Of a stretch of DNA of 17,571 bases, positions 17,278-17,571 are shown piece by piece (position 1 is the first letter of the stretch; each line of letters opens with the position of its first letter). The notes under the pieces were generated by a model. It did no database searches and had not been told where the DNA came from. It saw only the letters and a program-made list of their open reading frames with translations. Source of the DNA: Elusimicrobiota bacterium (lineage in GTDB: Bacteria > Elusimicrobiota > UBA8919); assembly GCA_043816185.1 (NCBI GenBank), contig JBDRIG010000051.1, positions 1 to 17,571 on the forward strand, read 5' to 3'. Position numbers and translations under genes: made by a program.

Positions 17278-17387
17278 ATTTCTCCATATTTTTTCGTGTT
17301 GCAAAAATTTGAAAAACTCATATGCAATGCGTGGGTTGCGATGAACGAAGCGGAAATTGTTTTCCACTTAGACCTACTTTGTTAAGC

Positions 17388-17472
17388 CCATTACGAGGGC
17401 AAAACCCGTGGCAATCTCTGTGTTGAAGTTCGAGATTGCTTCGTCGCTCATTTCATTCACTTCTCGCAATGG
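17388..17472. repeat. second, inverted copy of the palindromic repeat at 9514-9600
   Basis: Reverse complement of 17406-17469 matches 9514-9578 with 3 substitutions and one 1-nt indel. Confidence 0.88.
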
Positions 17473-17571
17473 TATAATGGAAAAGCAAGCTTCCTTCCGG
17501 GGAGGTCATAAAGTAACGCATAAAAGCGCAGACCTTTTGTGATCTTTTCAAACGATCAAAAGTGGTGTATA

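Noticed and set aside
17278..17367. N-terminal extension of the rSAM ORF (similarly pgsA, dksA, decarboxylase)
   Set aside because: Downstream starts have better RBS or promoter spacing and match family N-termini.
17455..17571. Open minus-strand frame at the right edge (YTTFDRLKRSQKV...)
   Set aside because: Short, ends inside the repeat, no recognisable homology; cannot be supported as a CDS end.

Overview
AT-rich bacterial window; every credible gene is on the minus strand, and a TonB-dependent receptor implies a diderm host. The left half is housekeeping. In transcription order: Orn/Lys/Arg decarboxylase, DksA/TraR protein, cellulose-synthase-like GT2, miaB, miaA, hflX, pgsA, plsY, then a near-consensus sigma70 promoter and the start of a gene leaving the window. 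The right half (about 9.4-17.5 kb) is a cobalamin-related cluster: CbpB-like radical SAM/SPASM enzyme, DUF71 PP-loop ATPase, BtuF/BtuC/BtuD-like ABC transporter, cobalamin riboswitch, BtuB-like receptor and terminator, followed by a separately promoted flavin reductase. Five points stand out. (1) The rSAM + DUF71 + corrinoid uptake module has no recognisable precursor peptide in the window. (2) The riboswitch overlaps the last codons of btuD and is followed by a strong RBS with only a 5-codon ORF. (3) Two near-identical palindromic repeats in inverted orientation bracket the cluster. (4) Many small REP/MITE-like and 7/8-bp repeats occur, several in frame inside miaB, hflX and btuF. (5) MiaB lacks its TRAM domain. 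Family assignments come from motif recognition by eye; no searches were run.
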